DNA of 64,000 bases from an uncultured Clostridia bacterium (GTDB lineage Bacteria; Acidobacteriota; Aminicenantia; UBA2199). The DNA lies in contig CAZLSH010000001.1 of NCBI GenBank assembly GCA_964562095.1, positions 3,027 through 67,026 on the forward strand, in the 5' to 3' direction. The first letter of the stretch is position 1. Each line of letters starts with the position of its first letter. The notes under the pieces are model-generated. The model searched no databases. It was not told the DNA's origin and saw only the letters and a list, made by a program, of their open reading frames with translations. Shown in pieces: positions 63,255 through 64,000 of this stretch. The translations under genes and the position numbers were made by a program.

Positions 63255-64000
63255 TGGCCAAGAATATCGGCATCGATCTGGGCACGACCAATTCCTGCAT
63301 CAGCTACCTGGAGGGGAGGGAGGCGCTGATCGTTCCCAACCCGGAGGGGGCCAGGGTCATCCCGACGGTCATCGCCCAGACAGCAGAAAAGAAACGCATC
63401 TTCGGCAACGCCGCCAAGCGGCAGATGATCACCAACAGCAAGAACACCATCTGGGGGATCAAGCGGCTCATCGGCCGCAAGTTCGACAGCATGGAAATTC
63501 GCGAGATCGCCCGGCGTGTCGGTTATGAGATCGTCGAGGCGGCCAACGGCGACATCAAGGTCAAGCTGGCCGACCAGACATACTCCGCCGAGGAGATCTC
63601 CGGCATGTTCCTGGGCTACCTGAAGGGCATCGCCGAGAACTACCTTGGCGAGCCCGTCTCCGACACCGTCATCACCGTGCCCGCTTTCTTCAACGATGCC
63701 CAGCGCCAGGCCACCAAGGTGGCCGGGGAGATCGCCGGGCTGAATGTCACGCGCATCATCAACGAGCCGACCGCGGCGTTGATCGCCTACCGGGAAAAGA
63801 TCAAGAAGAACGGCCTGTACGCCGTGTATGACCTCGGGGGCGGGACATTCGATATCTCCATCGTCGAGGTCAACGGCGACATCTACAAGGTGGTCTCCAG
63901 CCTGGGCGACACCTTTCTGGGCGGCAGCGATTTCGACGCCCAGATCTGCGACTGGATCTTCCATGAAGTCGAGCGCGAGACCACGGTCGACCTGCGGGAC
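63254..64000 (+). CDS. dnaK: molecular chaperone DnaK (3' partial; continues beyond window)
   Basis: MAKNIGIDLGTTNSC…DLGGGTFD…; Hsp70 N-terminal ATPase motifs. Confidence 0.9.
   Translation, partial: MAKNIGIDLGTTNSCISYLEGREALIVPNPEGARVIPTVIAQTAEKKRIFGNAAKRQMITNSKNTIWGIKRLIGRKFDSMEIREIARRVGYEIVEAANGDIKVKLADQTYSAEEISGMFLGYLKGIAENYLGEPVSDTVITVPAFFNDAQRQATKVAGEIAGLNVTRIINEPTAALIAYREKIKKNGLYAVYDLGGGTFDISIVEVNGDIYKVVSSLGDTFLGGSDFDAQICDWIFHEVERETTVDLRD

Overview
High-GC (~65%) bacterial chromosomal segment of 64 kb with dense, mostly housekeeping coding. Intergenic regions carry clear sigma70-like TTGACA/TATAAT promoters. I cannot assign a phylum from sequence alone.

Content read 5'->3':
- pyrG 3' end, an MBL-fold hydrolase, a nitroreductase and a small outer-membrane protein.
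- A cobalamin-riboswitch-led btuB-like TonB receptor followed by a BtuFDC-type ABC importer.
- A convergent operon of a large outer-membrane beta-barrel protein and a 770-aa secreted multi-PKD-domain protein.
- alr.
- An ECF sigma factor (with a readable GGAAC-N16-CGTT autoregulatory promoter), a zinc-finger anti-sigma factor, three membrane proteins sharing a LiaF-TM-like motif, and a DUF4097 (LiaG-like) protein.
- pgsA, an orphan REC protein, a TIGR01212 radical SAM gene, and a J-domain/TPR protein.
- glgA, a thioredoxin with a CMPC active site, trxB, and an AmmeMemoRadiSam-type radical SAM activase.
- A TPR-protein-associated TRAP transporter (TatT, DctP, fused DctQM).
- nadA, a NifU-like protein and an ABC substrate-binding protein.
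- A LiaF-like/histidine kinase/LytTR three-gene module placed divergently from an MBOAT plus DltD-like pair.
- An lnt-SPOR-stomatin-nfeD operon.
- An M50 protease-trpS-scpA-scpB-hisC-lpdA operon.
- An NCS2 purine permease.
- A tandem-duplicated ThyX-like gene with a dNK-like kinase.
- A PolX N-terminal fragment fused in an operon with maf, an aldo-keto reductase with an Fe-S tail, a TPR lipoprotein, and an Rrf2 regulator that appears leaderless.
- A translationally coupled operon headed by a serine-palmitoyltransferase-like alpha-oxoamine synthase (with an adjacent CerR-like epimerase/dehydratase), followed by GT2, a WecA/MraY-like transferase, an FAD oxidoreductase and GT4.
- htpX, an ftsB-like gene, then grpE-dnaK behind a leader that contains a terminator-like hairpin.

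The most novel-looking candidates are the Spt-headed putative glyco-sphingolipid operon, the OMP-PKD surface pair, the ECF/LiaF-TM/DUF4097 cluster, and the LiaF-HK-LytTR module next to the MBOAT pair. No CRISPR array, tRNA/rRNA gene or obvious mobile element was seen.
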